Source: a virus (taxonomy: Duplodnaviria > Caudoviricetes). From it: 64,000 bases of DNA. Made by a program: the position numbers and the translations under genes. The stretch spans positions 1,728 to 65,727 of the IMG/VR virus record IMGVR_UViG_3300020404_002650, one strand, 5' to 3'. Shown in pieces: positions 62,733-64,000 of the stretch; the stretch's first letter is position 1; every line of letters starts with the position of its first letter. The notes under the pieces are model-generated. The model was not told the DNA's origin. It made no database searches and worked only from the letters and a program-made list of their open reading frames with translations.

Positions 62733-64000
62733 GAATATTAGGAATAAATTGCATGAATCATGATGCCGCAATGTCGGTTGTCGATTACAGTTCAGGCATT
62801 GGTGAAGTGCTGTGGGCCGCACACTCAGAACGTTATTCCAAAGTAAAAAATGATCATTACTTAAATTGGGCGATAGTAAATGAAGCAAACACTTATGGTC
62901 CATTTGACAAAGTTGTGTACTATGAAAAACCTTGGTTGAAGAAAACAAGGCAGTTGTACGCCGGACAATGGGCAGATGCGTTCAGTTACACCGAACTGCC
63001 ACAATGGCATCTGGATCATTTCAATATTAAAATAGATGAATATGTAAAACATCACGACTCACATGCCGCGGCAGGATATTTTACGTCGCCGTTTAGAGAA
63101 GCAACAATACTTACAGTAGACGCCATAGGTGAATGGGACACTGTGTCGATATCGACTGCAGAAAAAATATGGATAGAAAGAAAAGAAACAATAAAGTACC
63201 CACACAGTTTAGGTATACTTTATTCAGCCTTTACACATCGTTGTGGATTGAAGCCTGCAGAAGAAGAATACATCCTAATGGGTATGGCCGCGTATGGTGA
63301 ACCAAAATACAAAGATGACATATACAATGATTTTGTACATCAGTCACCTTTGAAACTAAAACAAAATCTACATAGAGGATTAAGTGACTGGCACCCGGAA
63401 GCAGACCCAATGGACCTTGCGGCCAGCATACAGGCAGTCACAGAAGAATGCCTAGCAGATTTATGGAAACGTGCCAGCAAATATGGATCACGTAATTTGG
63501 TATATGCAGGTGGAGTAGCACTGAATTGTGCGGCCAACAAAGTACTTGCAAATTTAGGTTTGTTCGACAACATATGGATAATACCAAATCCGGGCGATGC
63601 AGGAAGTTCGTTGGGTTGCATAGCCGCACACCAGAAATCATTTATCAATTGGAAGAGTCCATTCCTTGGACACAACATAGAAGGTGAGTATCCTGTGGAC
63701 GCAATTATAAAAGAATTGAAAGAAAATAAAATGGTGGGAGTTGCAAATGGTAAGGCAGAGTTTGGACCAAGAGCCCTTGGTAATAGATCGCTTTTAGCCG
63801 ACCCTAGGGGTGAGGACATCAAGGATCTGGTAAATGCAATCAAGAAGAGACAGAAGTTCAGACCATTCGCTCCAGCCATATTAGAAGAGGATGTAAACGA
63901 CTATTTTGCCCTCCCTACAGGCGTCAAAAACACCCCTTATATGCAATATACAGCGGCGTACACGCATGGTAAAGACTGTCCTGCCATATTGCATCACGAT
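62729..64000 (+). CDS. O-carbamoyltransferase (NodU/CmcH/TobZ family), truncated at window end
   Basis: MRILGINCMNHDAA, ERYSKVKND, HHDSHAAAG, VDAIGE, MGMAAYG, GGVALNC, GDAG, EFGPRALGNRS, RPFAP. Confidence 0.92.
   Translation, partial: MRILGINCMNHDAAMSVVDYSSGIGEVLWAAHSERYSKVKNDHYLNWAIVNEANTYGPFDKVVYYEKPWLKKTRQLYAGQWADAFSYTELPQWHLDHFNIKIDEYVKHHDSHAAAGYFTSPFREATILTVDAIGEWDTVSISTAEKIWIERKETIKYPHSLGILYSAFTHRCGLKPAEEEYILMGMAAYGEPKYKDDIYNDFVHQSPLKLKQNLHRGLSDWHPEADPMDLAASIQAVTEECLADLWKRASKYGSRNLVYAGGVALNCAANKVLANLGLFDNIWIIPNPGDAGSSLGCIAAHQKSFINWKSPFLGHNIEGEYPVDAIIKELKENKMVGVANGKAEFGPRALGNRSLLADPRGEDIKDLVNAIKKRQKFRPFAPAILEEDVNDYFALPTGVKNTPYMQYTAAYTHGKDCPAILHHD

Noticed and set aside
5354-64000. Saxitoxin-like gene set (amidinotransferase, carbamoyltransferase, GDSL, APS kinase, desaturase, 2OG oxygenase)
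   Set aside because: No SxtA-like PKS or cyclase; these families are generic tailoring enzymes and are scattered here
1-64000. CRISPR arrays, tRNAs, IS elements, introns/inteins, diversity-generating retroelement, stop-codon recoding
   Set aside because: No repeat-spacer array, cloverleaf, transposase, reverse transcriptase or interrupted core gene seen by eye; genes are intact under the standard code
1-64000. Host assignment (e.g. a marine low-GC alphaproteobacterium)
   Set aside because: AT richness is suggestive only; nothing in the window identifies the host

Overview
This is 64 kb of a large, AT-rich, T4-related (myovirus/jumbo-type) bacteriophage genome read in the standard genetic code. 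It holds the 5' part of a tape-measure-like gene, a gp26/gp51-like tail chaperone pair apparently joined by a -1 frameshift, a Bpt/ATE-like aminoacyl-tRNA-protein transferase next to a ~400 nt structured non-coding segment, a DenA-like GIY-YIG nuclease, an amidinotransferase/2OG-oxygenase/PLP-enzyme group, gp46/gp47/gp55, a complete baseplate module (including a 4215-aa protein), and paralogous tail fibres. Two large enzyme islands are interleaved with the fibre genes. They encode glycosyltransferases, Fe/2OG oxygenases, a desaturase, methyltransferases, five radical SAM enzymes, SGNH hydrolases, an APS kinase and a carbamoyltransferase. The leading hypothesis is a phage-encoded virion decoration system: glycosylation and tailoring enzymes acting on repeated DGST motifs and Ser/Thr-rich, Gly-Tyr-ended tails of structural proteins. 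All protein calls come from motif recognition by eye; no database searches were run.
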